64,000 nucleotides of DNA from a bacterium (GCA_037137535.1 JBAXKC010000001.1:1-64000); one strand, 5' to 3'; shown: positions 51,390 through 62,573, counted from the stretch's first letter. Numbers and translations are program-made. The notes: generated by a model from the letters alone, not told the origin.

Positions 51390-51546
51390 TTAGATTTCTT
51401 TCATTTGAGCAGACAACTATACATGTATATAAAAGCGATTTAAACAAATAATTTGCTATGTTATTTTTAGCATAAAAAAAATAAAGCGCAAAAACAAATA
51501 ATAACCATCACATGAGAATTGTAAATAAGTATTAAGTTGCTATAAA

Positions 51547-51975
51547 TTAATTTACAAGAGAAATATTATCAACAATGAGGTTCTCACTCGATAAGGTTTT
51601 ATGAACTGGGCATTTTTCAGCAATTTCAAGAAGTCTGTCTTTTTGTTCCTCTGATAAATCACCTTTTATTTCAATATTTCTAGTTATCTTATCCAATCGA
51701 CCGGTTTTAGTTTCACAAGTTTCACAATCTTTAGCATAAATTTTTTCATGAGTAAGATTAACCTTTATATCTTGAATTTCCCAGTTCTTTCTTCTTGCAT
51801 ACATTTGAATAGTCATCGAGGTACAAGCGCCAAGAGCAGCCAGCATCATATCATAAGGACTTGGTCCTTCATTGTCGCCGCCTGCAGAAACTGGTTCATC
51901 CATAATAAAAGTAAAATCACCTATTTTACATTCATGTTTTAAGTTTTTAATAAACTTAACTTCAACGTCAGCCAT
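51547..51975 (-). CDS. OsmC/YhfA-family protein
   Basis: DEP..GG...GPSPY, ALGACT, IAEKCPVHKTL. Confidence 0.94.
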   Translation of the reverse strand: MADVEVKFIKNLKHECKIGDFTFIMDEPVSAGGDNEGPSPYDMMLAALGACTSMTIQMYARRKNWEIQDIKVNLTHEKIYAKDCETCETKTGRLDKITRNIEIKGDLSEEQKDRLLEIAEKCPVHKTLSSENLIVDNISLVN

Positions 51976-52081
51976 ATAAATACCCTCATTAATTGTTTAC
52001 AAACCTCTACTTTATATTTAAACTAAAAATCAACTGTTTTAACATATGCCAACGAGGGATATTTTGGCAGGGGAGCAAAAA

Positions 52082-53311
52082 ATGAGCCTATTTGATGAAT
52101 TTGAAAACAAAAATAAACAAATTCCACTAGCAGATATTTTAAGACCAAAAACACTCGAAGAATATTTGGGTCAAAATGACATAACAAACGAAAACTCTTC
52201 ATTGATAAATTTATTAAAGTCGGGCAGACTTTTTTCATTGATATTATGGGGGCCTCCTGGCTGTGGTAAAACGACTTTAGCTAAAATAATAGCAGAAGAA
52301 AGTAACAGTATTTTAAAAGAATTAAGTGCAGTAAACTCAGGAATAAAAGACATAAGAGAAATTGTTGAAAATGCAAAAAGAGAGCTTCAGTACACAGGAA
52401 GAAAAACATTAGTATTTATAGATGAAATTCATAGATATACTAAAACACAACAAGATGCACTACTTCCACAATTAGAAAATGGTACATTATACTTACTCGG
52501 AGCAACTACTGAAAACCCGTCTTTTCAAGTAATACCTGCGCTTCTGTCAAGAACACATGTATTAATGCTCAAATCAATTGATAGAGAAAATATTTTAACC
52601 ATAGTACGAAAAGGTTTTAAATATTTAATTGAAAAATATGGAAAAATAACGATTCAACCTGAAATAGGCGAATTTATAGTAAATTATGCCAATGGCGATG
52701 CAAGAACAGCCTTAAACATGGTAGAAAGCGGCTATTTTTGTGCAAAAGGCGGAGGCTTAAACAAATTAACAGTTGATGTATTAGAAAATTTAATGCAAAA
52801 AAGGTATTCAGGATTAAGTGATCAGGACTACTATGATTTAATTTCTGCTTTTCAAAAAAGCTTACGTGGCTCAAGTGCAGATGCAGCAGTTTATTGGCTT
52901 GCAAGAATGCTTACTTTAGGGCAAGACCCACGATATATTGCAAGAAGGCTTATAGTTACAGCAAGTGAGGACATAGGAAACGCTGATCCAATGGCACTAA
53001 ACATTGCTATTAATGCCTATAAAGCATGTGAAATACTGGGAATGCCAGAAGTAAGAATCGTATTGTCTCAAGCCGCAATATATCTTGCAAACGCAAAAAA
53101 ATCAAATATGAGCATAACTGCAATAGACAGCGCATTACATGATATACAAAAAAATGGTAAAATTTATCCTGTTCCAAACCACTTAAAAGACACCCACTAT
53201 AAAGATTCCAACAGATATGGCTTTGGTGAAGGGTACATATATACGCATGAAAATCCCGAAATTAAACAAAACTTTATGCCGGAAGAAATAAAAGATAAAA
53301 AATACACATAA
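52082..53311 (+). CDS. rarA: Replication-associated recombination protein A (MgsA)
   Basis: PLAD.LRP, WGPPGCGKTT, DEIHR, GATTENP, SAFQKSLRGS, ASEDIGNADP. Confidence 0.96.
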   Translation: MSLFDEFENKNKQIPLADILRPKTLEEYLGQNDITNENSSLINLLKSGRLFSLILWGPPGCGKTTLAKIIAEESNSILKELSAVNSGIKDIREIVENAKRELQYTGRKTLVFIDEIHRYTKTQQDALLPQLENGTLYLLGATTENPSFQVIPALLSRTHVLMLKSIDRENILTIVRKGFKYLIEKYGKITIQPEIGEFIVNYANGDARTALNMVESGYFCAKGGGLNKLTVDVLENLMQKRYSGLSDQDYYDLISAFQKSLRGSSADAAVYWLARMLTLGQDPRYIARRLIVTASEDIGNADPMALNIAINAYKACEILGMPEVRIVLSQAAIYLANAKKSNMSITAIDSALHDIQKNGKIYPVPNHLKDTHYKDSNRYGFGEGYIYTHENPEIKQNFMPEEIKDKKYT

Positions 53312-53341
53312 AAAAACTCCCTTATAATAAGGGAGTTTTTT
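53311..53341. terminator. Bidirectional terminator between rarA and rpsI
   Basis: AAAAAACTCCCTTAT-a-ATAAGGGAGTTTTTT. Confidence 0.9.
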
Positions 53342-53357
53342 ATATAAAAGAATATGA

Positions 53358-53753
53358 TTATCTTTTTGAGAACTGGAATCTTTTTCTAGCTCTTTTTCTA
53401 CCATATTTTTTACGTTCTTTTACTCTGGAATCTCTTGTTAAGAGACCTTCAGGACGTAAAATTGACTTGTTTTCTTCATTCACAAGCAAAAGAGCTCTTG
53501 AAATTCCGTGTCTGATAGCAGAAGCTTGACCGCTTATACCACCACCAACAACTTTAATATGAACATCAAAGCTATTTTCATTTTGTGTTAAAACCAGCGG
53601 TTGATAAATCATCATTTCAAGTGCAGGTCTATTACCGATATAATCTTTAATAGTTCTGTTATTGATGAAAACTCTACCTTTTCCAGCAACTAATTTAACA
53701 CTGGCAATAGCGCATTTTCTGCGACCTGTTCCGCGTTGTCCGGTTAATGCCAT
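53358..53753 (-). CDS. rpsI: 30S ribosomal protein S9
   Basis: GTGRRK, GGGISGQA, ERKKYG, QFSKR. Confidence 0.99.
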   Translation of the reverse strand: MALTGQRGTGRRKCAIASVKLVAGKGRVFINNRTIKDYIGNRPALEMMIYQPLVLTQNENSFDVHIKVVGGGISGQASAIRHGISRALLLVNEENKSILRPEGLLTRDSRVKERKKYGRKRARKRFQFSKR

Positions 53754-54196
53754 TATTTGTTACCCTCCGATAGGTTGTATTCGATTGGTGACTGAGCTTG
53801 ATGCGGATGCTCAGGACCAGCATAGACTTTAAGTTTTTTAAGTTGATTAGCACCAAGTGTATTATGCTGAAGCATACCTTTAACAGCTTTCATTATCGGT
53901 CTGGTAGGGTGCTTTTGCATTAAAGCTTGGAAACTGATTGCTCTTAAACCTGACGGATGTCCTGTGTGATGATAGTAAATTTTATCAGTAGCTTTTTTAC
54001 CTGTAACTCTGATTTTTTCAGCGTTGATAACTATGACAAAATCTCCGGTATCTTCGTGAGGTGTATATTCAGGCTTGTGCTTACCACGTAAAATATTTGA
54101 TATTAAAGAAGCTAAACGTCCAAGAGTTTGTCCTTCAGCATCAATAACATACCATTTAGTTTCTACTTCACGAGGCTTCGCAGAATAAGTTTTCAT
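53753..54196 (-). CDS. rplM: 50S ribosomal protein L13
   Basis: [26 protein letters not shown]. Confidence 0.99.
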   Translation of the reverse strand: MKTYSAKPREVETKWYVIDAEGQTLGRLASLISNILRGKHKPEYTPHEDTGDFVIVINAEKIRVTGKKATDKIYYHHTGHPSGLRAISFQALMQKHPTRPIMKAVKGMLQHNTLGANQLKKLKVYAGPEHPHQAQSPIEYNLSEGNK

Positions 54197-54995
54197 AATT
54201 TATAGCCTCCTTATTTAATAAATTAAGAGTATTATATTTCTCTTCGTATCCAACATACATAAGAGTTAAACCATCAGCTAGCGCAGTAGGCCCAGCTGCT
54301 TTCCTATCCTGTTTATTTAAAATATCCAGAATACTTTCAGGCGGATTAACCCCTTTACCGATAGGAAGCAAAGTTCCTACGATAATTCTTATCATATTAT
54401 ATAAAAACCTGTTTGCAGCAAGGTCAATAATAATTAGATTATTTTCCCTTTTGCATTCAGCTTTATACATATTGCACACTCTTGCCGGGTTACTGCTGCT
54501 AGAACCTTTAAAACTATTAAAGTCGTGTTCTCCAACTATATATGCAAGAGCTTGATTCATTAAATTTAGATTTAATGGAGTCGATATATTCAATGATTCG
54601 TTCAACCAAACTGATCTCTGTGAACCATTATTTATAATATATCTGTACCATCTAAATTTCGCACTTTTTTGGCTGTGAAAATGTTCATCTGTTTCATTAA
54701 TTTCAGGAACCGACATATCTAATGGTAGCAATGAATTTAATGAATAATTAAATCGGTGTAGATCAATCATATTCTCGCTGTCAAAGTGCACTATTTGTCC
54801 TTTTGAGTGAACTCCCTTATCAGTTCTTCCAGAAAACACCGTTTTTACATTATTTTTCAATAAAATATTTAACGCATTTTCTAATTCCGATTGGACTGTT
54901 CTCAATTCGGGCTGTTTTTGGCTCCCCGCAAAGTTTTTGCCATTATACTCGACTACTAGAGCATATCTATATGGTTTTGAAATCAAACTTTGCAT
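54168..54995 (-). CDS. truA: tRNA pseudouridine(38-40) synthase
   Basis: [28 protein letters not shown]. Confidence 0.97.
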   Translation of the reverse strand: MQSLISKPYRYALVVEYNGKNFAGSQKQPELRTVQSELENALNILLKNNVKTVFSGRTDKGVHSKGQIVHFDSENMIDLHRFNYSLNSLLPLDMSVPEINETDEHFHSQKSAKFRWYRYIINNGSQRSVWLNESLNISTPLNLNLMNQALAYIVGEHDFNSFKGSSSSNPARVCNMYKAECKRENNLIIIDLAANRFLYNMIRIIVGTLLPIGKGVNPPESILDILNKQDRKAAGPTALADGLTLMYVGYEEKYNTLNLLNKEAINYENLFCEAS

Positions 54996-55002
54996 AATAC
55001 AA

Positions 55003-55449
55003 CTAGGAAAGTTGAATTAAAGCCATTTCGGTATTATCACCACGTCTTGGTGGCATTCTGTATACTCTGGTGTAACCGCCCTGTCTTTCTTGAGCGTTTT
55101 TAGCAACAACAGAGAATAATTTTCTTAGAACGGTAGCTTCAACTAATTTTCCGCCACATTCACATTTTGCTTCTTCTACTGATTGCTCATTATATGTATT
55201 GCAAGCAACACATACTGATCCAGCTACGCTATTATCATAAATAAAGTTAACAGCTTGTCTTCTAGCGTGAACATCGCCTCTTTTAGCAAGGGTAACGATT
55301 TTATCAGCATAGATTCTAAGTGCTTTAGCTTTTGCCATTGTAGTTTGGATTTCATCATATGTAAACAATGCAGTAGCCAAAGATCTTAAGAGAGCATCTC
55401 TTTGATCTTTTGGTCTTCCTAACAAATGTCTTTTACATTGGTGTCTCAT
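55003..55449 (-). CDS. rplQ: 50S ribosomal protein L17 with Cys-rich insertion
   Basis: MRH...LGR, TTMAKAK, GGYTR, RRGD; insert CVAC-x12-CEC. Confidence 0.98.
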   Translation of the reverse strand: MRHQCKRHLLGRPKDQRDALLRSLATALFTYDEIQTTMAKAKALRIYADKIVTLAKRGDVHARRQAVNFIYDNSVAGSVCVACNTYNEQSVEEAKCECGGKLVEATVLRKLFSVVAKNAQERQGGYTRVYRMPPRRGDNTEMALIQLS

Positions 55450-55481
55450 TTTTATTAACCCTTATATATAATTTCTTTATA

Positions 55482-56459
55482 TTAAGACTGTAGTTCTTCT
55501 TCAATGATTGGATTTGGAGCTAAATTAAGACCAAACTGATGTAATTTTTCAATTACTTCATCTGAAGATTTTTTACCGAAGTTTTTAATGTTTAAAAGGT
55601 CATGTTCGGATTTAATCAACAGTTCTTGTAATGAATTAATGCTTGCTCTTTTTAAACAATTATAAGCTCTAACGGATAATTCAAGCTCTTCAATTCCAAT
55701 AGTTGGTGCTTGTTGTTCTTGTTTAGGTTCTTCAACAGGAGCAGCTACAGGAACAATAGTAGTTTGACCGGTTAATTGAGCAATTGGTAAGAAATGTTCA
55801 ATCAGAAGATTAGCTGAATGGCTAAGAGCTGAATTAACATCTACGCTACCATTTGTCCAAATTTCAAGAATGAGCTTATCAAAGTCAGTAATTTGTCCAA
55901 CACGTGTATTTTCAACAGTATAACTAACTCTTCTCACAGGCATAAATGCAGCATCAATAGGCAACATATCAATAGCCATTGAACCGCCTTTAGCTTCTTT
56001 TTGAGCTTCAACTGTCATATAACCTTTTCCTGTTTCTACAACGATGTCTGCATGAATGCTTCCACCTTCAGCAACAGTACATATTACCCAATCAGGATTT
56101 ATAACTTTAACGCCTGCAGGTAATTGTAAGTCAGCGGCTAAAACAGGTCCAGGTGAATCCACATCTAATCTTAAAGTTTGAATTTCGTTACTATCAGTTT
56201 TTACGACAAGTCCTTTAAGATTAAGGATGATGTCGATAACGTCTTCAACGATACCAGGAATTGAAGTATATTCGTGAGTAATCCCTTCAATTCTAACTGC
56301 TGTTATAGCAGCTCCTTCAAGGCTAGAAAGTAAAACTCTTCTTAAAGAGTTTCCAATTGTTGTTCCATAACCTCTTTCTAAAGGCTCAATCACGAATTTA
56401 CCGTATATTGAACCATCAGAATCAGTTGTAGTGTTAACACACTTAATTTTTAAATCCAT
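55482..56459 (-). CDS. rpoA: RNA polymerase alpha subunit
   Basis: EPLERGYGTTIGNSLRRVLLS, LELSVRAYNCLKR, NFGKKS. Confidence 0.99.
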   Translation of the reverse strand: MDLKIKCVNTTTDSDGSIYGKFVIEPLERGYGTTIGNSLRRVLLSSLEGAAITAVRIEGITHEYTSIPGIVEDVIDIILNLKGLVVKTDSNEIQTLRLDVDSPGPVLAADLQLPAGVKVINPDWVICTVAEGGSIHADIVVETGKGYMTVEAQKEAKGGSMAIDMLPIDAAFMPVRRVSYTVENTRVGQITDFDKLILEIWTNGSVDVNSALSHSANLLIEHFLPIAQLTGQTTIVPVAAPVEEPKQEQQAPTIGIEELELSVRAYNCLKRASINSLQELLIKSEHDLLNIKNFGKKSSDEVIEKLHQFGLNLAPNPIIEEELQS

Positions 56460-56483
56460 AATGGTACTTACAACCTCCCAAGA

Positions 56484-57104
56484 TTACTTAGAATAGTATT
56501 CAATAATCAGCTGTTCCTTAACATTAGGATCAAGCTGTTCTCTTTCAGGAAGAGAAACAAGTTTAACTGTTAATTTATCTTGGTCAACTGTAAGCCAAGC
56601 TGGTGGAGCAGCAACTGAAACTTGCTCGGTAATTCCTTTAATAAGGCTAACGCTTTTTTCTTTAACGCCAATCTCATCGCCTGGTTTTACTCTATATGAT
56701 GGAATATTAACGGTTCTTCCATTAACGGTAAAATGTTTATGTCTGATAAGTTGTCTTGAATGTTTACGTCCTTGAGTAAATCCGGTTCTAGCAAGAACGC
56801 TATCAAGTCTTGACTCCAGCATTTGAAGAAGGATTGTTCCGGTAACACCTTTTTTTCTTGCAGCTTCTGCGAAGTATCTGGAGAATTGTTTTTCAAGTAC
56901 TAAATATGTATGACGTACTTTTTGTTTTTCATGGAGGTGGATTGCGTATTCAGAAAGTTTCTTTCTAGCTTTACCATGTTGGCCTGAGCCATAAGGTCTT
57001 TTTTCAACAGCGCATTTATTTGAATAACAACGCTCACCTTTTAAGAATAATTTTTGCCCTTTATTTCTGCATAACTTGCAAACGGGTCCTGTATATCTAG
57101 CCAA
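56484..57104 (-). CDS. rpsD: 30S ribosomal protein S4 (Cys-containing form, TTG start)
   Basis: ARYTGPVCKLCR, LESRLD, IIEYYSK. Confidence 0.99.
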   Translation of the reverse strand: MARYTGPVCKLCRNKGQKLFLKGERCYSNKCAVEKRPYGSGQHGKARKKLSEYAIHLHEKQKVRHTYLVLEKQFSRYFAEAARKKGVTGTILLQMLESRLDSVLARTGFTQGRKHSRQLIRHKHFTVNGRTVNIPSYRVKPGDEIGVKEKSVSLIKGITEQVSVAAPPAWLTVDQDKLTVKLVSLPEREQLDPNVKEQLIIEYYSK

Positions 57105-57134
57105 TTTGAGTGACTCCTTCGCCGATTGTTATTA

Positions 57135-57524
57135 TTACACTCTTCTTTTCTTTGGAGGACGGCAACCGTTATGTGGAATTGGAGTTACATCTTTAATAAG
57201 TGTAATTTCAAGTCCAGCAGATTGAATTGCTCTGATCGCTGTCTCTCTTCCAGATCCTGGTCCGTTAACAAAAACTTCAACAGTTTTCATTCCTTGTTCC
57301 ATGGATTTTTTTGCTACTGACTCAGCCGCTGACTGTGCTGCAAAAGGTGTTCCTTTTCTAGCGCCTTTAAATCCGCTTGTTCCGGCACTAGACCACGCAA
57401 TTGCGTTACCCATCATATCAGTAGAAGTAACGATTGTATTATTAAATGTTGACTGGATATGAACTCTACCCTGAACAACATTCTTTTTCTCTTTCTTTTT
57501 AACTTTGGTTTTAACTTTAGCCAT
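57135..57524 (-). CDS. rpsK: 30S ribosomal protein S11
   Basis: [28 protein letters not shown]. Confidence 0.99.
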   Translation of the reverse strand: MAKVKTKVKKKEKKNVVQGRVHIQSTFNNTIVTSTDMMGNAIAWSSAGTSGFKGARKGTPFAAQSAAESVAKKSMEQGMKTVEVFVNGPGSGRETAIRAIQSAGLEITLIKDVTPIPHNGCRPPKKRRV

Positions 57525-57545
57525 TATATTAATCCTCTCAGGTTA

Positions 57546-57911
57546 TTATTTCTTCTTAGATACAGGTCCTGATTTCTTTCCGCGTCTTGTTCTAGCGTTT
57601 GTTTTAGTTCTTTGACCGCGAAGAGGAAGACCACGACGGTGACGAATACCTCTGTAAGAATTAATTTCCATAAGTCTTTTAATATCAAGTCCGATTTTTC
57701 TTCTTAAGTCACCTTCAACTTGATGCTTGTCAATTTGTTCTCTTAATTTGTTGATATCATCTTCGGTCAGATTATCAGATCTTAAATCTTCAGAAATACC
57801 ACTAGCTTCGAGGATTTGTTTTGACAAAGCCGGCCCTATTCCAAATATGTATGTTAGAGCAATTACCATTTTTTTGTTTCTTGGCAAATCAACTCCAGCA
57901 ATTCGTGCCAT
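57546..57911 (-). CDS. rpsM: 30S ribosomal protein S13
   Basis: [22 protein letters not shown]. Confidence 0.99.
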   Translation of the reverse strand: MARIAGVDLPRNKKMVIALTYIFGIGPALSKQILEASGISEDLRSDNLTEDDINKLREQIDKHQVEGDLRRKIGLDIKRLMEINSYRGIRHRRGLPLRGQRTKTNARTRRGKKSGPVSKKK

Positions 57912-57999
57912 TTAACGCTCCTTTATCATTACAATTTATGTGATTAACTTAACATTTTATTTTTATATAACAAGAAAACTGCTTAACGTTACGGATAAA

Positions 58000-58113
58000 T
58001 TATCCTTGTCTTTGTTTGTGCTTAGGATTTTCACAAATAACTGCGACTCTGCCTTTTCTTCTGATAACTTTACATTTATCGCAAATTTTCTTTACTGATG
58101 CTCTTACTTTCAT
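58000..58113 (-). CDS. rpmJ: 50S ribosomal protein L36 (missing from ORF track)
   Basis: [37 protein letters not shown]. Confidence 0.99.
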   Translation of the reverse strand: MKVRASVKKICDKCKVIRRKGRVAVICENPKHKQRQG

Positions 58114-58127
58114 CGCTATTTATCCTT

Positions 58128-58346
58128 TTATCCTTTCAACCTGTAAGTTATTCGTCCTCTTGTTAAATCATATGGTGTTAATTCAACTTTAACCTTGTCA
58201 CCGGGTAAAATTCTGATGAAATTTTTTCTAATTTTTCCCGAAATATGAGCAAGCACCATATGCCCGTTCTCAAGCTCTACCTTGAACATGGCATTTGGCA
58301 GAGATTCTATGATTGTTCCTTCAAATTCTATAACGTCTTTAGACAT
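58128..58346 (-). CDS. infA: Translation initiation factor IF-1
   Basis: [32 protein letters not shown]. Confidence 0.99.
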   Translation of the reverse strand: MSKDVIEFEGTIIESLPNAMFKVELENGHMVLAHISGKIRKNFIRILPGDKVKVELTPYDLTRGRITYRLKG

Positions 58347-58593
58347 TAACACCTCTTGTTTTAGTGAATTATTTTATATACTTACAACTAAAAATTAATC
58401 TATATATATCAATTCTAAAATGAACATGATTAATTACAAGGATTTTATTCACTTCCAAGCAATTATACGGTCATGATTGTAAATAAATTGCAACAAATTC
58501 ACTGCTATATCAATTTATTATAGACAAACCCTTGCTATAAAAGCGTTAAAGCCTGTCAACTGCCTGATGGTATAAGACTTTGATGTGCAACTC

Positions 58594-59346
58594 TTATTTT
58601 AGTAAAGTCAAAATATCAGGTCCGTCATCACTTACATGTACTGTATGTTCAAAATGTGCCGAAAATTTTCCGTCATTAGTCACAACTGTCCACTGATCGG
58701 AAAGGGTATGAACTTCTCCGGTTCCTAGATTAAACATAGGCTCAATAGCTAAAACCATACCAGGCTTTAACTCTGCACCCGGAGTTCCAGTACGATAATT
58801 AAAAACAAATGGGTCTTCATGCATTTTTTTACCAATGCCATGTCCACCATACTGTTTTACAATACCTAAACCGTGCATGTTTCCTCTGTCTTCAATAGCT
58901 CCGGATATATCTTGAAGGCAGTTACCAGATATCATTTTTTCAATCGCATCATATAGAGCTTGATTAGTAATCTCTAAAAGCTGCTTTGTTTCATCGCTTA
59001 TTGTGCCAATAGCAACGGTGATGGCAGAATCGCCGACAAGTCCTTTATAAGTTGCTCCAACATCAATACTTATAATGTCTCCGTCTTTAAGAATAACATC
59101 AGGAGATGGTATTCCATGTACAACTTGCTCATTAACAGAGGCGCATATTGATGCAGGGTATCCAAAATAACCTTTAAAGGACGGAATAGCATTGTTTTTT
59201 TTGATTATTTTTTCTGCTATTTCGTCAAGTTCTGCTGTAGATATGCCAGGGCGCGCAGCTTCTCTCATCGTTTGCAACGCTTCAGCGACGATGGAGCCTG
59301 CTGTTCTCATAAGTGATATTTCATATCTGGATTTTTTTGTAATCAT
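58594..59346 (-). CDS. map: Methionine aminopeptidase type I
   Basis: CASVNEQVVHGIP, GHGIG, HEDP, AIEPM, SAHFEHT. Confidence 0.98.
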   Translation of the reverse strand: MITKKSRYEISLMRTAGSIVAEALQTMREAARPGISTAELDEIAEKIIKKNNAIPSFKGYFGYPASICASVNEQVVHGIPSPDVILKDGDIISIDVGATYKGLVGDSAITVAIGTISDETKQLLEITNQALYDAIEKMISGNCLQDISGAIEDRGNMHGLGIVKQYGGHGIGKKMHEDPFVFNYRTGTPGAELKPGMVLAIEPMFNLGTGEVHTLSDQWTVVTNDGKFSAHFEHTVHVSDDGPDILTLLK

Positions 59347-59347
59347 T

Positions 59348-59998
59348 TTATAGACCCAATTCTTTCTTCATATCGGCATATATAAGATCTATTGCTCTAT
59401 CTCCATCAATGTTTTTGATTACACCTCTATTAGTATAATAATTAATCAATGGTTCAGTTTCTCTTTTATATGTGTCAATTCTTCTGACTGCATTTTCTTT
59501 TGAATCGTCAGATCTTTGGGTTAAATCACCACCACACTTATCGCAAAGATTTTCATCTTTAGGCGGATGGAATTTTAAATTATATTTTTCACCACAGTTG
59601 GCGCAAGTTTTTCTATATGCCATTCTATCAACAAGAATATCTTCAGGAATTTCAATGTTTATAACGGCATTAATTTCCTTTGAAATTTCTTTTAAAATAA
59701 CATCAAGACCTTCTGCCTGTTCTGTGCTTCTTGGAAAACCATCAAGGATAAAGCCCTTATCGCAATCAGATTTTAACAATCTTTCTTTAATAAGTCCAAT
59801 TACTATATCAGCTGGAACAAGCTGTCCATTTTCCATAAATGTTTTTGCAATTTTCCCGAGTTCCGTACCTTCTGATACAGCAGCTCTTAAAATGCTACCT
59901 GTATCAACATGAGGTAAGTTTAATTCTTGAGAAAGAATGCTGGCTTGTGTACCTTTACCTGATCCTGGAGCACCAAGAAATATTACTTGTAACTTCAT
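59348..59998 (-). CDS. adk: Adenylate kinase with zinc LID
   Basis: GAPGSGKGTQ, LDGFPR, CANC..CDKC. Confidence 0.98.
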   Translation of the reverse strand: MKLQVIFLGAPGSGKGTQASILSQELNLPHVDTGSILRAAVSEGTELGKIAKTFMENGQLVPADIVIGLIKERLLKSDCDKGFILDGFPRSTEQAEGLDVILKEISKEINAVINIEIPEDILVDRMAYRKTCANCGEKYNLKFHPPKDENLCDKCGGDLTQRSDDSKENAVRRIDTYKRETEPLINYYTNRGVIKNIDGDRAIDLIYADMKKELGL

Positions 59999-61332
59999 TG
60001 TTTTAAGAATCCTTCATATTGTCTTGCAAGCAAATGAACTTTAATCTGATTGATAAAGTCTAAACCAACACCAACCATGATTATCAAAGCTGTTGCCCCA
60101 AGCCCTTGTAATGTTGTTATTTGAGTAAAATATGTCGCAAGGTTAGGAACTAAAGCAATGACACCAAGTCCTACCGCACCGATAAAGGTTGTTCTTGATA
60201 ATATTTTATCTATAACATCAGCTGTCGGCTTACCAGGTTTAATACCAGGAATTGAACTGCCGTATTTTTTTAGGTTATTTGCAATTTCTTTTGGTTGCAT
60301 GCTAGGAACAATTGAAGCGTAAAAGAAAGTCAACACAACGATAAGGGTAAAATAAATTATGTAATAATAAATACCGTTTGGATCAAGCAAAGTATTATTA
60401 ATAAAACTTGCTATATTGCCGACAACGGAATGCCCCAATTGTGGAGACTTACTAATTGCTTCAAAAACAGTTCTTGGGAATATCATAATTGCAACTGTGA
60501 AAATGATTGGCATAACACCACCCGGATTAAGCTTGAAAGGAATAAAAGTATTTACCCCTCCATAGACTTTATTTCCGACTTGTCTTTTTGCATTTATGAT
60601 AATAACTTTTCTTATCGCTTCCTGCATAATGACAATTAAGAAAATTGTAGCTATATAAATAGCAAGAAGAACTAATAATCCTATTATTTTACCTGGGTCA
60701 TGTGAAACCTGAGTCCAAGTTGTACTTGAATAATAAGGAATTCTGGACAATATTCCGACAAATATCAATAAAGAAGCGCCATTTCCAATACCACGTTCGG
60801 TTATCAGTTCGGCAATCCACATAATCAGCATAGAACCAGCAGTCATAGCGAGTGCTGATTCTACGATAAATAATGGTCTTGAAACAGTTGAAATCAATAA
60901 TCCATGTTGATTAGAAAGAAACAACATAAAAACAGTTGACTGGAAAAAAGCTAACACAACGCTGAAAACTCTTGTATATTGAGCCAATTTGCGTCTGCCT
61001 GCTTCCCCTTCCTGTTTTTGAAGATTTTCAAAATGTGGAACTATTGAGGATAACAACTGCATGATAATTGAGGAAGTAATATATGGTCCAATTCCCAAAG
61101 CAAATATAGAAACTTTGCTCAAGGCACCACCTGAAAACAGATCAAGGAAACCTAATAAATTTTGATTACCTACATGTTCTAATGCTGCATGATTAATTCC
61201 AAAAATAGGAAGGTGTGTTCCGAGACGGAACACAGCAATCATTAAAAATGTAAATATCAATTTTTCTTTTAAGCCTGATGCTTGCCACATTCCTGCAATT
61301 TCTGCGGGTGTTGGCACCTTAGCTTTAGCCAT
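59995..61332 (-). CDS. secY: Preprotein translocase SecY
   Basis: ALGIGPYITSSII, GIGNGASL, GVMPIIF, IPGIKPG. Confidence 0.99.
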   Translation of the reverse strand: MAKAKVPTPAEIAGMWQASGLKEKLIFTFLMIAVFRLGTHLPIFGINHAALEHVGNQNLLGFLDLFSGGALSKVSIFALGIGPYITSSIIMQLLSSIVPHFENLQKQEGEAGRRKLAQYTRVFSVVLAFFQSTVFMLFLSNQHGLLISTVSRPLFIVESALAMTAGSMLIMWIAELITERGIGNGASLLIFVGILSRIPYYSSTTWTQVSHDPGKIIGLLVLLAIYIATIFLIVIMQEAIRKVIIINAKRQVGNKVYGGVNTFIPFKLNPGGVMPIIFTVAIMIFPRTVFEAISKSPQLGHSVVGNIASFINNTLLDPNGIYYYIIYFTLIVVLTFFYASIVPSMQPKEIANNLKKYGSSIPGIKPGKPTADVIDKILSRTTFIGAVGLGVIALVPNLATYFTQITTLQGLGATALIIMVGVGLDFINQIKVHLLARQYEGFLKQ

Positions 61333-61334
61333 TT

Positions 61335-61787
61335 TTATACTACCTCTGCTTTACCGCCTGCTGCTTCAATTTTTGCTTTTGCGGATGCTGTGAAATAAGC
61401 TGCTTTAACTGATACAGCTTTTGTTACTTCACCGTTGCCAAGTACTCTTAATGCTTCATATTTTTTTGTAAATAAACCTTTTTGCTTAAGAACAGTAAGA
61501 TTAATTTCAGCATCATCAAATTTATTCAAATCGCTTACGTTAATTTCAGCAAAAATAATTGGGTTTACAATTGTCATACCTTTTAATTTAGGAAGTCTTC
61601 TGTAAGCAGGCATTTGTCCGCCTTCGAAGCCTCTTTTAGCGCTTTGTCCTGATCTTTGACCTTCACCGTTATGACCGCGGCAACATGTTTTACCATGACC
61701 TGAACTACGTCCTCTACCTTTTCTTTTTACTCTATGGGTAGCACCGTCAGCTGGTCTTAAATCTGTTAATTCAATTCTGTTATCCAT
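61335..61787 (-). CDS. rplO: 50S ribosomal protein L15
   Basis: GRG.SSGHGKT, GFEGGQMP, IEAAGG. Confidence 0.98.
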   Translation of the reverse strand: MDNRIELTDLRPADGATHRVKRKGRGRSSGHGKTCCRGHNGEGQRSGQSAKRGFEGGQMPAYRRLPKLKGMTIVNPIIFAEINVSDLNKFDDAEINLTVLKQKGLFTKKYEALRVLGNGEVTKAVSVKAAYFTASAKAKIEAAGGKAEVV

Positions 61788-61809
61788 TATTATAGTCACC
61801 TTGTTATAT

Positions 61810-61989
61810 TTATTCTACAGTTACTAAGTGGCTTACTTTATTAATCATTCCTCTAATAACAGGAGTATCTTTATGAACTACTGTTTGGTTTGTTTTAGAC
61901 ATTCCAAGTGCAGCAGCATTTTTTCTTTGTTTTTCGGAACGACCAATTAAACTTTTCTTTAAAGTAACTTTTATTTCTTTTTCAGACAT
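61810..61989 (-). CDS. rpmD: 50S ribosomal protein L30 (missing from ORF track)
   Basis: [59 protein letters not shown]. Confidence 0.97.
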   Translation of the reverse strand: MSEKEIKVTLKKSLIGRSEKQRKNAAALGMSKTNQTVVHKDTPVIRGMINKVSHLVTVE

Positions 61990-62018
61990 TTTTATATTCC
62001 TTTAATCCTATCTATTGC

Positions 62019-62573
62019 CTATGACAACATTTCTTTAAGTGTTAGACCTCTTGAAGCAGCAACATCTGCGAATGGTCTTAACATTTGAAGTGCATCCATA
62101 GTAGCTCTAGCAGCATTAAGCGGTGATTTTGATCCTAATGACTTACAAAGGATGTTTTCAACACCAGCAAGCTCAAGAACAGCTCTTGCAGAGCCACCAG
62201 CGTTAACTCCAGTACCTTCACTTGCAGGTCTAAGTATGATTTTACCAGCCCCTGATCTACCAACAGCAGGGTGAGGAATGGATTTTTTAAACATAGGAAC
62301 TTTAATTAAGCTCTTTTTAGCATCAGCAACACCCTTTTGGATAGCACCGATAACTTCGCTGGATTTACCAACTCCGACACCAACTTGTCCATTAGCGTTT
62401 CCAACAACTACAACAGCTCTAAAGCTAAGTTTTTTTCCGCCTTTAACAACTTTTGTAACTCTTCTGATTTGAATTACTTTTTCTTTCCATTCAGAAGCAG
62501 CTCTTCCTTGTTCGGACTCGTCTTTTTTATTCTCGTCTCTATTTCTACGGCCTCTTTTTACTTGTTCTTCCAC
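62019..62573 (-). CDS. rpsE: 30S ribosomal protein S5
   Basis: [25 protein letters not shown]. Confidence 0.99.
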   Translation of the reverse strand: MEEQVKRGRRNRDENKKDESEQGRAASEWKEKVIQIRRVTKVVKGGKKLSFRAVVVVGNANGQVGVGVGKSSEVIGAIQKGVADAKKSLIKVPMFKKSIPHPAVGRSGAGKIILRPASEGTGVNAGGSARAVLELAGVENILCKSLGSKSPLNAARATMDALQMLRPFADVAASRGLTLKEMLS

